Part shown: in pieces, positions 12,261-24,759 of the stretch
How the letters are laid out: every line of letters starts with the position of its first letter
How positions within the stretch are numbered: position 1 is the first letter of the stretch
Source of the DNA: Dicyema japonicum
Lineage: Eukaryota > Animalia > Dicyemida
Direction of reading: 5' to 3'
Assembly: GCA_011109175.1 (NCBI GenBank)
Contig: RDEW01000027.1
Location: 858,511 to 922,510, forward strand
DNA length: 64,000 nucleotides
Notes under the pieces: model-generated
The model's input: the letters and a program-made list of their open reading frames with translations, nothing else
Database searches by the model: none
What the model was told of the DNA's origin: nothing
Program-made: the position numbers and the translations under genes

Positions 12261-13868
12261 ATGAAAAGTACCAATTGCGGATTAAAATTTAAGGAGATTT
12301 TAGCAAGGACAAAAAGCCCAACTTCTCTCATGCTAAATCTGAAAAAACACGTTCAAATCTCATGAAAGAAAAGATTTCTGATCATAAAGAAACCACTAAA
12401 GAAGAAGAAAACCGCAACAATCTTGGAAAGGAAAAAACCGCAGAGAAAGAACTGGAAAATAATGAAGATGAAGATAAAGAATTCACCTCAAACAGTTATG
12501 AGCCATATGGAAGGATCCATCAGCGAATCAAAAGTAGTAGTTTGCGAAATAAGCATTCATCAGTGTTGTTCCCAATCAAAACCAACTGGGCCCGTCTAAA
12601 GTTTTCGTATAACTGATCGTAGAAGGGAAAAAACCGATTGGAACAGTCTACTCAGGTTTTTTCCTGACAAAAAGCTCAATTTTTACTTTGGTACGTGGAA
12701 CATGAATGACCAAAAAGTATACATTACATAAATTCTAAGACTCTTCCAGAGAGGCTGATGGAGTTTATTCTACCGCTAGAAATTGAATGGCTGGGGGACA
12801 TTTATATAATAACAACCCAGGAAAGCACATCCATGATGTATTTTGCGATTGTGTGAGAATAGTCATAAATGGGTGGTGGCAATTCAACGGATCCTCGGAA
12901 TTTACTACTATATGCTCACTCACTCCCAGTTCGGCAGTCTGAGTACTCTCATATTTGTTCGAAGGGACATTCTGTGGTACTGTGCCGGTTTTCGTTTTAT
13001 CTTATCGCTTGACAGTTCAGTCCGTTCATCAGATCTCTACACGTGCTGGTTCCAAGATAAAGACCAAAGGGGGATTGGCTGTCAAACTAATTGTTTTTGG
13101 GACTCCGTTTATCATAGTCAACTCCCATCTGACATGTAGCTTTTTTATTCTAACAAAAGCTGGGGATGAAGAGGTTGAGGCTCGCATAAACGACTACAAC
13201 AAGATCTTTGCCTTCGTCAAAGAAAATTTTCAAATAAACCCGGAAATAGACAACATCTTCTGGTTGGGAGACTTGAACTTTCGTTTAAACGGAGATCTGA
13301 AGGATATTAGACCAATATTGTCGTCTTCAGCCATGGAAGAAAAAGATAAAATAACTGAAATGATCAAATTTGATTCCCTCAAAACTTTGATTGAGTCAAG
13401 TTTTATGGAAATTTTCAAATTTTAGAAAAAATCTTTGAAAACTTCATCGAGCCTTCCATAAAATTTCTGCCCACTTATAAGGTAGACCTGAGCACGAATC
13501 AATACGTCTATAATCGAAGGATACCAGCGTATACTGTGAGGGATTTCAATGATATCTAGGACAGAATTTTGTACTGTCTGAGTCAGAATATGAAAATATC
13601 CTGTCTTCATTACAACAGTGCTGTGCTGTACACGTCAGATCACAGGCCAGTCTATGCATTTTTCGAGATTTTTATGGAAGAAAATAACTCTGACAAACTG
13701 TACGCTAACTGTTGAACTTTAGCTGCGGCTCAGCCCCAGGAGGATACGCTAGAAAAGTTTATAAAAAGGGTAAGATATTAAAAATTATGTTTAGTTGTTC
13801 CTCAAGAACGAAAGTCAAGTCGTTTTACGCAAAAAGTGAAGACCACTTCTTATTGCTCAATTCTGTGA
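12261..13868 (+). CDS. INPP5E: Inositol polyphosphate 5-phosphatase E, about 10 introns of 22-28 nt
   Basis: Spliced product has FGTWNMN, STRAGSKIKTKGG, SHLTSGD, IFWLGDLNFRL, PTYK, RIPAYTDRILY, SDHRPVY and a C-terminal CaaX (CSIL*). Example introns: 12268-12293, 12601-12622, 12717-12739, 12838-12862, 12988-13015. Confidence 0.9.
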
Positions 13869-14263
13869 GTCCAATAGATTTCTAATTTTTATAATAAAGA
13901 TGATTTTATTGAAATGGTTGTGTTTTTTAGATACTAACTATTTATTATTAGTGGTTGAGGTATTCTATTTGGGCCACGTGCTGCTATGCGGCTACCTTCA
14001 CTCTGGTGGCGTCATCGGATCCACCTCACTCAGAAGTCGTTCAATGTCTGGCCGGCATTCAAAAGGATCCATCTATTTATTTCACCGGGAGACAATTTCA
14101 CTCCCTGTAGACGAGTTATGGAATCAACCTTATTTCCTCGGACAACGCTCTCTGGATCACTGTGCTTTGGTGAAGGTTCTGCTGGAACGCGTTAGGGTCA
14201 GGGAATTTGTCACTTAGTTTTACCCTTGGTCTTTGGAATAATTTAATTAGTTATTAGTGTTTA

Positions 14264-14364
14264 AGGTGGTGACGTGGCTCTCTTGTACAAGTGTCTTTCT
14301 ATCTACCAGCCTGTTCTCTCTTGGCACCCTGCATGCCAGAGGACTCAATCCTATGTATAAAAAA
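14264..14364 (+). mobile_element. 5' remnant of an RTE element related to 37306-40333
   Basis: AGGTGGTGACGT 5' UTR motif plus SLGTLHARGLNPMYKK, versus TLGSLNCRGLNQCYKK in the intact copy. Confidence 0.55.
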
Positions 14365-14379
14365 ACTCGAATTCTGTTT

Positions 14380-16350
14380 CAATCCTATGCTCAATGCCAA
14401 AACTATTGGAAAAACTAGTCCTTTTAAAAATTAAGGACGTTCTGCCGGAGATGTCATTTTGCACGGATTCAACAATCCATGAAGGACATCCTATTGTAGG
14501 AGTGCTGTTTGCTAGAGGAAAACTCAACCCATGACGGTCCAAACTTTTTACTATGAAGAGCCTGAAAATGTGGGTGGACCTGGTTCAAAGAGGAGACTAA
14601 TTAATTGAGACAGATCTTATTTATTTAAAACTCCCAAGACCACAAAGAAAGGTTAAACCCATTAATTAGGTGATCTCAGCCTCCAATAGCTTGAGAACTC
14701 TTCTTGAGCGTTCCAGCGACCCAACGTCGCTTCTACTGAAAGGAGACTGGCGATGAATGTGCTGTCGAATTCCATAGGCCATATGGCTTTCCGCCTGAAA
14801 GAGTTTATATGCTCGATCCTTTAAGAGGAAAGGGCAAATTTCCAAGCGGAACAAGCATATTTAGCTGTCGAAGCAATAACCCGAAGATATAAATTATTTA
14901 TATAACCTTCAGGTGGGAGGAGGTTCTTCTTTATGATAGTATCCGAAATAATTAGGTTATCCCGGTGCCCCTTTTCACCCTCGCCAATTTCATTCTATGC
15001 TCATCGAGGGACTCAACCGTTTCCAGAAAATGTATGCGCTTGCGGCTAAATAGGAAGTTTATGGGGGACGGATGTCTGAGGAAGGATCGCCCATTTTCAG
15101 ATCGTGTCACGGATGAACATAGTGAAATCCATTGTTATTGGCAGAACCAGAGGAATCAACGGTCATTCCTTCGTATTGAAAATTCCGACAGTGGAGTGAC
15201 GAGGGTAGGATTCGTTCGACTATCGAACGCTAATTACTTTATTGTCTAAATTTAAATAAATATCATTAAAAGATTTATATTATATTTTTTTCGAAATTAT
15301 TTTTGACTTTTAAAATCATAATTATTAACTTTTTTAACAAAAATATGTTTTTTGAGTTTTCTGTAAATTAGAAATTTTTTTACAAAAATTCACTACCAAT
15401 TTGAGAATTGAGTTTCTTTACATTGGAATCTGGAAGTCTGAAAGCCGTCCTCTTCGTCCTTTAAGTAAATTACCAATCCATAACTTTATTTTAGGGTTAG
15501 TCCATGTCTCTATTAACTTCTTAGTCAATATGCTTCTCAACACTGAGTCGAAGGCTTTTTGGATGTCCAACTTAAGTACAAAATCCGAAGATGACTACTG
15601 GGCGTGTTAAATCCCTCGGTAATAGAATGACTTAAAAAAGACAAATGGGTAGTGGCGGACCGATACGTTTTAAAACCATGATGGAAGCTGGGTCAGGAAG
15701 GATCTTCAACAAAAAGTTTCTCTATGAGGCATGAGAGACTACGCGTCACATATATTGGAAGATATGAAGCTGAGGAATGATCTTGTATACCAGGCTCTGG
15801 AACAAGTATAATGATCGAGTTTCATCCATTTATTCGGAATCCAGTCACACGCACGATAAGGCTTCACGATTCCAATAGCGTTCTTGACAATTCCTGGCAA
15901 TAATACACCAGAATGTGGGATTAGGTCTGGGCCGACACAGACCTAACGTATATGGCCTTGAGAAGTCGTTGTGACTGACCTTGGCCTAGTGGGATATTAG
16001 ATTATTTAGTTTTATGGTTTAAGTCTATTCTGGATTGTTACTAAGATTTTTTCAATCGGCGGAAACTTTTTCCCAATTAAGCAAACAAAATAACTTTTCC
16101 TGTTGAGTCGACAAATGTTCAGCAAAGTATAAATCTTGAGTGAGTTTCTTTTCTTTATGAAACGACAGGTATCTGAATCAATGGCCGGGTTTATAGACTA
16201 GTAGGTTGCTTGATACACGAACTGCCTCTCAGCCAATAGAAATCTTAATAATTTTACATCCGCGTGGATAGAAGTGAATAAAAAATTAAAATCCATAAGG
16301 TTCCAGTAGTTTAACAACTTGAAATCATATCAATCAGCCTTTTTGAATTC
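14380..16350. mobile_element. Cluster of degenerate LINE fragments (RT, APE, thumb) in both orientations
   Basis: Minus strand HHGFKTYRSATTHL...LDIQKAFDSV (15500-15680) and YACSAWKF (~14860); plus strand KLLEKLV (~14400). Confidence 0.65.
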
Positions 16351-16379
16351 TGAAGGTTAGGTTTTTTTATGAGGGGTGT

Positions 16380-16860
16380 CTAAAGTTCTTGAGTTTAAGA
16401 GAATAGAAACACCTCATGAAATTGTAGACAAAATTCTGGGTGAGCATATTGATAGATCTGTGGTTGGGTGGCTGGTAAGGTAATTCAAAGTCACCAGTTA
16501 TTGAAAGGAGCTAAAAAATGTAACACAAAAAACGTGTACAAGAAAGTGGGTTGCTCCACAATTATGCTTGAAATCACAAGAGCACAACGGTGGATCTTTG
16601 GACATGTATTGAGAATGGACTTAAATCAAAAATAATGTGCCAATTCTCCCCCTACGCTGGCCGATCCTTGGACGACCAAAGACTACCCTAACGACGGTTC
16701 TGGATGGGACCTCCAAAAGATTGGGAAGTTTCTCATAAACGGAGAATACTTAGAAGGACTATTTTAGCCTTCTCGCGACAGGAAAAGTGGAGAAAGTGGA
16801 CATGATTGCCATCCTAGTGAAAAACGAGACCAGATAATTAGAAAAATGGATTCAGACGCG
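16380..16860 (+). mobile_element. RTE LINE C-terminal remnant
   Basis: RWIFGHVLRMD and GRPKTTLTTVLDGDL parallel the C-terminus of the intact RTE. Confidence 0.6.
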
Positions 16861-16921
16861 TAAGCTGGTTAATTTAATAAAAATTATTTAAAAAGTAAAT
16901 ATAAACAATCTGGTGATGAGT

Positions 16922-17916
16922 CTATCCAACTGTCCACTCAGAACGCAACAACAAAGCAGTCAACCTCGATTTAGCATAGAACTGCATTTATCAAATAGCT
17001 TACCTCCTTCATTGGAGCAGATCGTCCAGAAGCGCTCCACACGCGCACAAATCTGTCCAACGACGCCGTAACAATATGTTCACCAATATGACCAATCGCT
17101 CGAATGGATCCTCGACCTCCTCGGTACTTTAACAAATTCTCTGAAAATTATAAAAACCAGACAAACTAGGCTTCCGAATATCGACGACCACCAAATCACC
17201 AGTAATATCACCAAAAGCCACAGTATTTTGATTAGTGAGAATATTGAGTGATGAGAGTCCCTTGGAAAGTTGGAAATTGATATGAGGAGACTGTCCACTG
17301 TGTCGAATATCAAAACCGGACACCTCACCGGACTGAGTAGCAACAAGAACCAAGGAAGAATCCTCGAATATGTCCAGACCAGTAATGTTTACTAACACCG
17401 GAAGGTTCAGCCAATCATTTGAAGGTCTCTTTGCAGAAAACACCTGCTTTTGATTCTCAATGTCGATAACTCGTAGCTGTGACTCCATACCTCCATAGGC
17501 AACAGCAGAATCCCCCACCTTCTTCAAAACATCACATCTCCCCTTTAATGAAAAGTCATCTTTCTGCATAATAATAAAATGGATCATACCCGTGAGCCAG
17601 TGAGGGTATAAATGTGGAGTCTGTGAGATTCACTCACGATTATGGAGTTTTCCGTACAATTCTGCATTCCTGTGAGAAACTGAGAAGTATCCACCTGAAA
17701 TTCTTTCTCAATTGAGGACGTTAATGGATTCATACTGCTGATTGTACCAGATTTATTAGCATATATTATATTATCATTGTTCCATATCATGGAACATATT
17801 TCACGTTCTCTGTTTAACTTAGAAATGTCCGTATATGTTGTTCCAAGTGATTCATGAAGGTTATGTCCTTTTAAAAGTCCAGTATCACCTCCAACAAAAA
17901 TATCGTTGATGACCAT
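16922..17916 (-). CDS. WDR74: WD repeat protein 74 / Nsa1 (60S biogenesis), 3 micro-introns
   Basis: IFVGGDTGLLKG, AYGGMESQLRVID, FSAKRPSNDWLNLPV, GSIR, TASLDRFVRV and YAKSRLTALL motifs. Introns of 26, 26 and 22 nt restore the frame. Confidence 0.88.
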
Positions 17917-18099
17917 TGCACCACAAGAAAAATTAAATATCACGTTTATTTTTAAAAAAAAAATCAAATAAATAAATTTCATAATTATTTTAATTAATAG
18001 AATAAAAGTTTTTAACTTGCATCTTGTCTATAGTACTTGAAAAACTCGTCCTCTTGGTGATTACGCCTTTTCTTTTGCAGTTTTAATGCAACTCTACCT

Positions 18100-18365
18100 C
18101 ATATGTGAACACTGTTGTCTCTATGAAAACTATTCTGCCGAAGAATGAAATGATATCCGGTACAATAGAACGTGCGACAAAAATGGAATAGGGTGGACTC
18201 ACTTCCCCATCTCTTTTCGGAAGCGGAAGCCTGTAATGGAGTATTGAAAGATGGATTTGGTCGGCACAAGCAGGTGCTCTCATTGGGTTCCTTCCTTGGA
18301 TTAATTAGTTGTGACTGTTTGTGTTGGGCTACCAAAGATGGTAAGCCTGGGGTTAGTAATAATAA
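18100..18365 (+). mobile_element. LINE 3' end (family of 3560-3960)
   Basis: SLPHLF...SFLGLI C-terminal remnant, then AAGCCTGGGGTTAGTAATAATAA. Confidence 0.6.
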
Positions 18366-18619
18366 CTGTTGTCTCTACTTATATTAACAAAGCCTTCGAC
18401 ACAGTACCTAAGAAACATCTCATTGGAAAAATCTACTCATCATACATTCGTTCATCCAAACTTAAACTTGTGGTTCGCCAACATTCTTACAGGACGATAT
18501 GGGAAACCTCAGGTCATACATAGCTTTACTAAAAACAGATTTCCCTAGGTTTCTGATAGCAAAATTACAGATTGTTGTTCGAAAAATTTAAGACCCTATT
18601 TAGATTAACTATACAAAAT

Positions 18620-18890
18620 TAAAAAAATGCCATATTAGCTATAACTTCACCCAGGCAGGACAAACTTAATTTAAGTAAAGAACAGTTATTATAAGTAATC
18701 GTAGAGGGAGAACCAAGGAGTGCTCTTCATTTCTTTTTGTTGGATGTATTGAAATGTTTACGATGACGGCGTCACATGTCAAGCCGAAGCATCGAGATGC
18801 GGGGAACCTTCAACCGAAATGTACAGCATCAAGATTCGAACTAAAGACCTTCAGGTATCTTGCTCGGCACCGGCATATCATCAGACTTAA
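18620..18890 (-). mobile_element. Diverged copy or subfamily of the tRNA-derived SINE
   Basis: Shares TTAAGTAAAGAACAGTTA, AGAACCAAGGA, GATGACGGCGTCAC, GATGCG..GAACCTTC and a B box with 8809-9141. Confidence 0.65.
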
Positions 18891-19043
18891 CGACCTATTC
18901 AAGCTGAGACTGTCTGCCATTTGGAGGCGTCCATTGACAGTGATGTTTGTACATAAAAGGGAAAGACAGGGCGTCATTATGCATGAAGACAAAAAATAAA
19001 ATCAAGTATTTTTCCAATAAAAATATTTACATAAATCATAAAC

Positions 19044-19874
19044 TCAATAGAGAAGCGCTTGAATCTGCTCATCAGTGATTATTGTGTAACACATAAATCC
19101 CTTATCCACCTGATATCCATTTACTTCACATGAATTCAAATCTCCAAAAACAGATTGAGTACACCTATCCATCACTTCCACTTGCGGCTTTACTTCAAAA
19201 GAAATAAAATCCCCAAAATCCGATTGGGTAGATCTATCCATCACTGATTTCAGTTCAAGGGAATTCAAATCCGATTGTATATCCACATCAACCATTTTCA
19301 CCGGTTCTTTTACTTCATAACTGGGGGAATCTTCAAACTGAGTGCTTTTATTGACCCTCTCCAGTTTCACAGTCTGAATTTTGACGTCATTTGTCTTTTT
19401 AGGTGGAGCCTCGCTCATGGAAGGTGTCCTAGAAGACGCCTTAGACTTCTTGCTACTCGGAATAATTTGTTCTACAGGAGTAACAGCTTCAACTAGAACT
19501 TTAAAAGGTTAAATAAACCCACTAAGTTGTCGAGTGCATCAGTTTGACATTCTACGTTGCGTGTCTTGAGGTAGGAAGAATCTAAAGAGTGAACAATGTG
19601 AGTACTTTTGAAGTAGTCCTCGAAGGATTCCTGGCCTTCAGAGGTGAATAAAGAAAAGATCCTCTTCATATAGTTTCCCTGTTGGTCAAGGATGAATTTT
19701 GGGATGTCTCCTTCGTTGGAGTCTTCAAGTGAAGTTCGAAAAAATACCGAAGGCAATGTAACCATCGCACTTAAATTCAGCCAACTTGGAGTCGACCCAG
19801 GAAATAAAATTGGGGAACAGTTCGGGAGGGACTGACTTAACAAGGTTCATAAACGGGACTGTGTACTTTTTCAT
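19044..19874 (-). CDS. Orphan protein (~250 aa) with several LC8/DYNLL-binding-like (T/C/I)-Q-(T/S/F) motifs, 3 micro-introns
   Basis: Introns of 25, 24 and 26 nt join three ORFs into one frame: MKKYTVPF...RNVECQTD...VKIQTV...NKSTQFE...VDIQSD...DRSTQSD...DRCTQSV. No family recognised. Confidence 0.62.
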
Positions 19875-19999
19875 GCACAACGAAACAGATTAAGGTGTGA
19901 AGCCTTTTAATAATAATAATAATTTATTTCGTTTTCAAAATTGTGAATTTAAATTTCAGTTTCATTAAAATTATCCCATTTTTAATCTCCCTTGGAAAC

Positions 20000-21010
20000 A
20001 CAGTTTTTGTTTTGGTTGAGCTGGTGACGGTGACTCTTGAAAACTATGTCTGGAAAACAAGGAAATTCAAGAACTAGGCTATCCCTCTTTAAGTTCATTG
20101 ACCGAGAGCTTAACGACAGTATTTGGTATGAACTTTGAGGAGATTGAAGACTTTTATACTGATCTCTCAGTTTTCTACTCTGAACATGCAGAATCAACAT
20201 TAATAATGAATGTGGGGGACCTAACGAAAAAGTGAAAATAACCCACAAGAAGTGAATATATCAAGCTCTAAATGTAAAATAACAAAATTACAGGCCCAAC
20301 GGTCATAATGCGAATTCTTTAAATAAGTAACTCAGAAGCTGTATGAAAGCATTGTCGGATTTTAAATGAAATATATAGAAGCCGCAGCTACCTGTTGCTA
20401 GGAGAGGGGACCCTGATACCCGTTCGGAAGGTTTATAAACCAAGGGCTCACAAGTGGAGGTACGCAAAGGTCCAAAGATTCAAAGTGATAATAACTATCC
20501 GGATTGACAGTCAGATTGACTAGGACTTGTCATTTATCTTGAAGGAGCTCCCCGGGATCCGAAGACGCTCCTCGAAGGATAAACGAGCATATTAGAGAAC
20601 GTAGATGGTGTTGATTTAATTTCAAATGGTAAAGAACCACTTTATTTGAGAAAGTACCAGGGAAGCTGGCTGAATGGTTTCTAACGGTAATCCTGACAAA
20701 ACCGAAATTACTGAACTCAAAGGAGAGGAAGCGAAGACAAAGAAGTACCTGCGCAAAGCCAAATAGTCGCATTCCCTCCTCGGAGACAACGAGGACATAC
20801 AAGAGGAAAAACAGTAGTAAATGTCACAAGAAAACCTGTTTCATCCGTATAGGGTTTAGCCTGGATATAAGAGTCAGTCTCTATGATACACTTGCAAAAC
20901 CCATGCTCATATACAAAACAGGTTCTTGGACCTGCACAAAAAAGGAACTTGGAAGTTTAACTCTTTTCAAAGAGATCACTTTCGACGTATCCTGTCCTCC
21001 TGAAACCACT
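20000..21010 (+). mobile_element. Highly degenerate RTE LINE remnant
   Basis: FYTDL...GDL (APE) near 20150-20225; YDTLAKPMLIYKTGSW (thumb) near 20880-20930. Confidence 0.5.
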
Positions 21011-21699
21011 CCAGATTTCCGTCCAACATTCTTTAAAAGAGAACAATGAGCATCTTCTCTTCCACCTTTCTTTCTCTTTTCTCCATCACTCTATTGGAGT
21101 AGTTCCCACGACTGCAAAGGCTGAATGGGTTTTCTCTTTTCCATTGGTTCTGAATGAATTTGTATGTCATATCGAAAAGATTCTGCTTCTGGGAACCGGT
21201 TGCATATATTAACCTCTTTCTCGGTGTATCCAGGTTTAATAAAAATGCGTTGCTTCACTTTCCTCCCCCGTCGGGCCCTTTGTTTATGCTGTCAAGTGCA
21301 AGTGGTTCCAGTTTTACTGGATATCAGCGACTTTAACTTTCCAAGTTGATGTTAGACTTGAACATTATTTTTTGAAATCATATTGAAAATCAATAACAAA
21401 ATATTTAGAAACAAAGATCAAGAATATCATAAGTTCATTTAAACTTAAAAGTGATACCTCACATTACGATTTGTACTCAAAAGAAATATATAACCCGAAA
21501 TAAAATACATTAGTTTGGTTAATCACCTAATGGACCTTGAAATCCACATAATTTATACACAAAAAATTACTATGAAAGTAACTTTACAAATAAATTTTGT
21601 GGGCTCTTGCATCGTTTACTTTAAATGTGAAAGTGGCCCTTCAAGGCACAGCGTTATAAGTTTCAGGCCGTTCCAGTTAGAGGATCTCGACATTTACTA

Positions 21700-21870
21700 T
21701 GCTCACTGTCCTGACGAGTGACGCCATAATCAATGAGACTTCACTGAGTTACTGGATTCTCCACAATGACTTACATACAACCAAAAAGAAGCCAAGAATA
21801 TTATTGCCTCAATTCCTATTCTTTCCTTCTTAAAATAAGGTGTGTGCCCTCCAAAGTGGAGGCTTAAGTA
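21700..21870 (+). mobile_element. Old SINE remnant
   Basis: TGACGAGTGACGCC...CACTG...ACTGGATT and TTAAAATAAGGTGTGTG resemble the SINE body. Confidence 0.45.
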
Positions 21871-22170
21871 CTGGAAAAATTAAACTACTCCAATTTCATC
21901 GGTTTTTATCAGTCTTCTAAATAAACAGTGAACCCTTGTTGAACGGCTACATGGATTCAAATGAACACATTCATGAAATTCCCTAGGAATGCATTCAGTC
22001 ACGGTAAATTAAATAAAATTTAGCGGTTATGAGGATGAATGAATAACAACAAATCAAAATAAATAGACCAAATAAGAGGAAAAAACCTCATTTTTAGAAA
22101 AATAACCGCCTAAAGGAAGGTTATCGCTAAATCAAGGATAAATTTATTACGTCATAATTCATACTAGTCC

Positions 22171-22824
22171 TCACATGACGTAAGAGGGTTGCGAACTAGA
22201 ATCTTCTACAACAAAAACAATCCAAAAGCAATCTAGAATAAAATAAACTCAAACCTGATATGGAAAGTCCATTGTTGAGACAAATTCTCAGTCGGCTATA
22301 GAAACTTCCAACAGAGGGATGACAGTTAAACACAAAGTTTAACTCGAACGTTGTCTTTGGATCCAACGGAGGGACCGCGGTTAAAGGAAATATCTCGGTT
22401 CCTTCAACAAACTCAAATCTGCTTCCTTCTGGAACAGCTGTTTCGCCTGAGATATTAGTGTTACTTAAAACCAGAGTTTCCAAGGATTAATGACTTGCAG
22501 ATCACCAAAGGTTGGTTGCATGGCCAGGACGAAAAGTCTTGAGCTACAACTGTGGGTTGGTCAGGATGAGGATCGACAACTTCCAAGTGGGGAAGAGTAA
22601 AGCTGTCGCAGTATAAATCGTAGTAACAGCCGATGGCTTTTGGAATAGAACTGACATTAGAGGTAAGAAAACCCGTCAGACATTTCGAGAAGATAAAGGC
22701 TTTGTTCCATGGTGATCTCGTAGTTAGTAATCTCCTGTAATTTTATGGCCTTGTTTTCGGTTCTATTTACATCCAATGAACGCATCTGCTTCATTAAGAG
22801 TTCGTCAATATCTTCTTCGGACAT
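22171..22824 (-). CDS. ILRUN: ILRUN/C6orf106 orthologue (UBA-like plus NBR1-like FW domain), 3 micro-introns
   Basis: Spliced: LLEMSDGSIPKAIGCYYD, ICKSLILGNSGETAVPEGSRFEFVEG, VPPLDP, GSFYSRLRIC, DCFWIVFVV. Introns of 22, 25 and 22 nt. Confidence 0.85.
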
Positions 22825-24338
22825 TGTAACAAAAAGTAGAGTAAATTTAAAATATTTTTAAATATAATCAAATAAAAAATTAATAATTAGTAAATAAAAT
22901 TTCTAAATACGTGCGTTAATTATAATAACTAAAATCCTCATATGCGGAACCGTATTTTTCCGCATTTTTGGATAATGATGAAACCTGCTGTCTTGTGAAA
23001 AGGAAAGTAGGTTGACCCAGAAATTCTTTTTTCAAGTCGAATTTTTTTGCAAGCCAAAAAGAGGCCTTTCAATAACTACGGACCTAAGATGATGAATTCA
23101 TTTAACTGCTTGATTGCGTTTGTCTTTCTCAGTGAATCTGGGATTTTAAAAAAATAATTCACTTTTTAGGCACGTGTGTCAGTTGCTGTTATAAATGAGT
23201 TAAAAGTCGAATAAGAAACATTTTATAAAGTAAAAGTAATTATTTTACAACGCCCGTCTAACTCAATATTTTCTTCATTGTGCCAACCTCTATTGCTTGT
23301 AGAGACAACCCTAGGTTGACATTCCATACCGTCTTCCTCCATCACCAGACATCAATATTCCATGTCCCTCCTCAGCTTGCATACTCTCCAAAGTCTTCCG
23401 TAGAATAGCATTTGTATATAAGCTTTGACCGACTCCTCCACTTTGAGGGCATCTAGGTGGCCCTTAAACAATCTCGAGACAATTCCATCCCAGGTGATGA
23501 CCGGAGAGATTATTTTCACCTTTGCGCGATGGATAATCTCAAGTTCGTTTCGCCAGTAGGTCAACCTGTGGAACTTTTCTACCTTCCACCTGCTTGAGGC
23601 AGTTTTGCCAAGTGAGCCCAATTTCAACTAGAGTAATCCTATTTTTTGTCTTATCATTAACGAAAATGTCGGGTTTGTCATTCGTTACAGGCATATCCGT
23701 ACTGATTGTCGTTTCTACACGAATCTCCACAAATTTATTTTCGACAACAGATTGTACTCAATGGGTCTTTAGATTCTTAGTTTTTCTTATTTCATGTTGA
23801 CGGAAAAGATGTAGGTGTAAGCATCTGACAACTTAGTTGTGCCTAAGATACGATCTATTCAGAATTCTCCCACACCTAGTTGCAGGTGATCGACGGTCTT
23901 GTCAAGTCCTTTACATTTTTAATGTTGTACTTTCGGGAGATGAGTTCAACTACAGTGGTGTGTTTTCATTGAATTAATGACCCGTAGAATTCCCACTCTT
24001 CTTAGGCAGTAATTTGTTTCATGTTCCAAGTCACCATAAAATCTGAGGAGCATTCGTTCTGCTTTGTTACTGACAGGCTCGAAACGTCTTCCAAATTTAT
24101 TTCTTATAAAGTGAGAGTGCCACTCGTTCATCGACCTAAACAGGTTTACTTAGTTTAAACCCGTCTTCGTCAAAAGTTTGATCCGCTTAGATGTTTCTCC
24201 GTAGATTTTATCTATAATTTTTTCTTTAAGGACATTACTGTTTTTAGAACTATAAAATCGCCTTCTATTCAATTTGAAGCACCAGTTGGCACTTCTAAAC
24301 CTCTTTTCCGATTCATAAACTCGCAACTTCTTTTAACA

Positions 24339-24488
24339 CACTTTAAGTAAAGAACAGTTAATTTTAACTAATCTTAGAACCAAGGAATGATCTTAACTTT
24401 TTTTTTCTTTTTCTTGTGTGTGGGTCCTTTCTAGACAATTCAATTCCGCAGTGCGTATCCACTGATGACGGCGTCACTCGTCAAACCA
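24339..24488 (-). mobile_element. Internal 150-bp SINE fragment with no head or tail, flanked by a 16/17-bp duplication
   Basis: Matches SINE ~1827-1978; GCAACTTCTTTT(T)AACA at 24323-24338 and 24489-24505. Confidence 0.8.
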
Positions 24489-24759
24489 GCAACTTCTTTT
24501 TAACATCTTGATTTGATCGCGAACAAATGAAGAAACATTCTCGAATTCTACTCCCTTCGGTTTTATAGCCATTTAGCATAAGAAACTCGTATTTATTCGT
24601 CAAATTACTTCTTCCCGTTCATTTCACTAGCTGTTCGAATTTGTTCAAGTTGTTGCTTAAGTTTAGTGAGTTTGCTTTTCATTGACTCATCCCAACTACT
24701 TTTAGTGTTTTTCTTCTTGGTAAGAGCCTCATAAGTGCACTGCCTAGCATATATGATAT

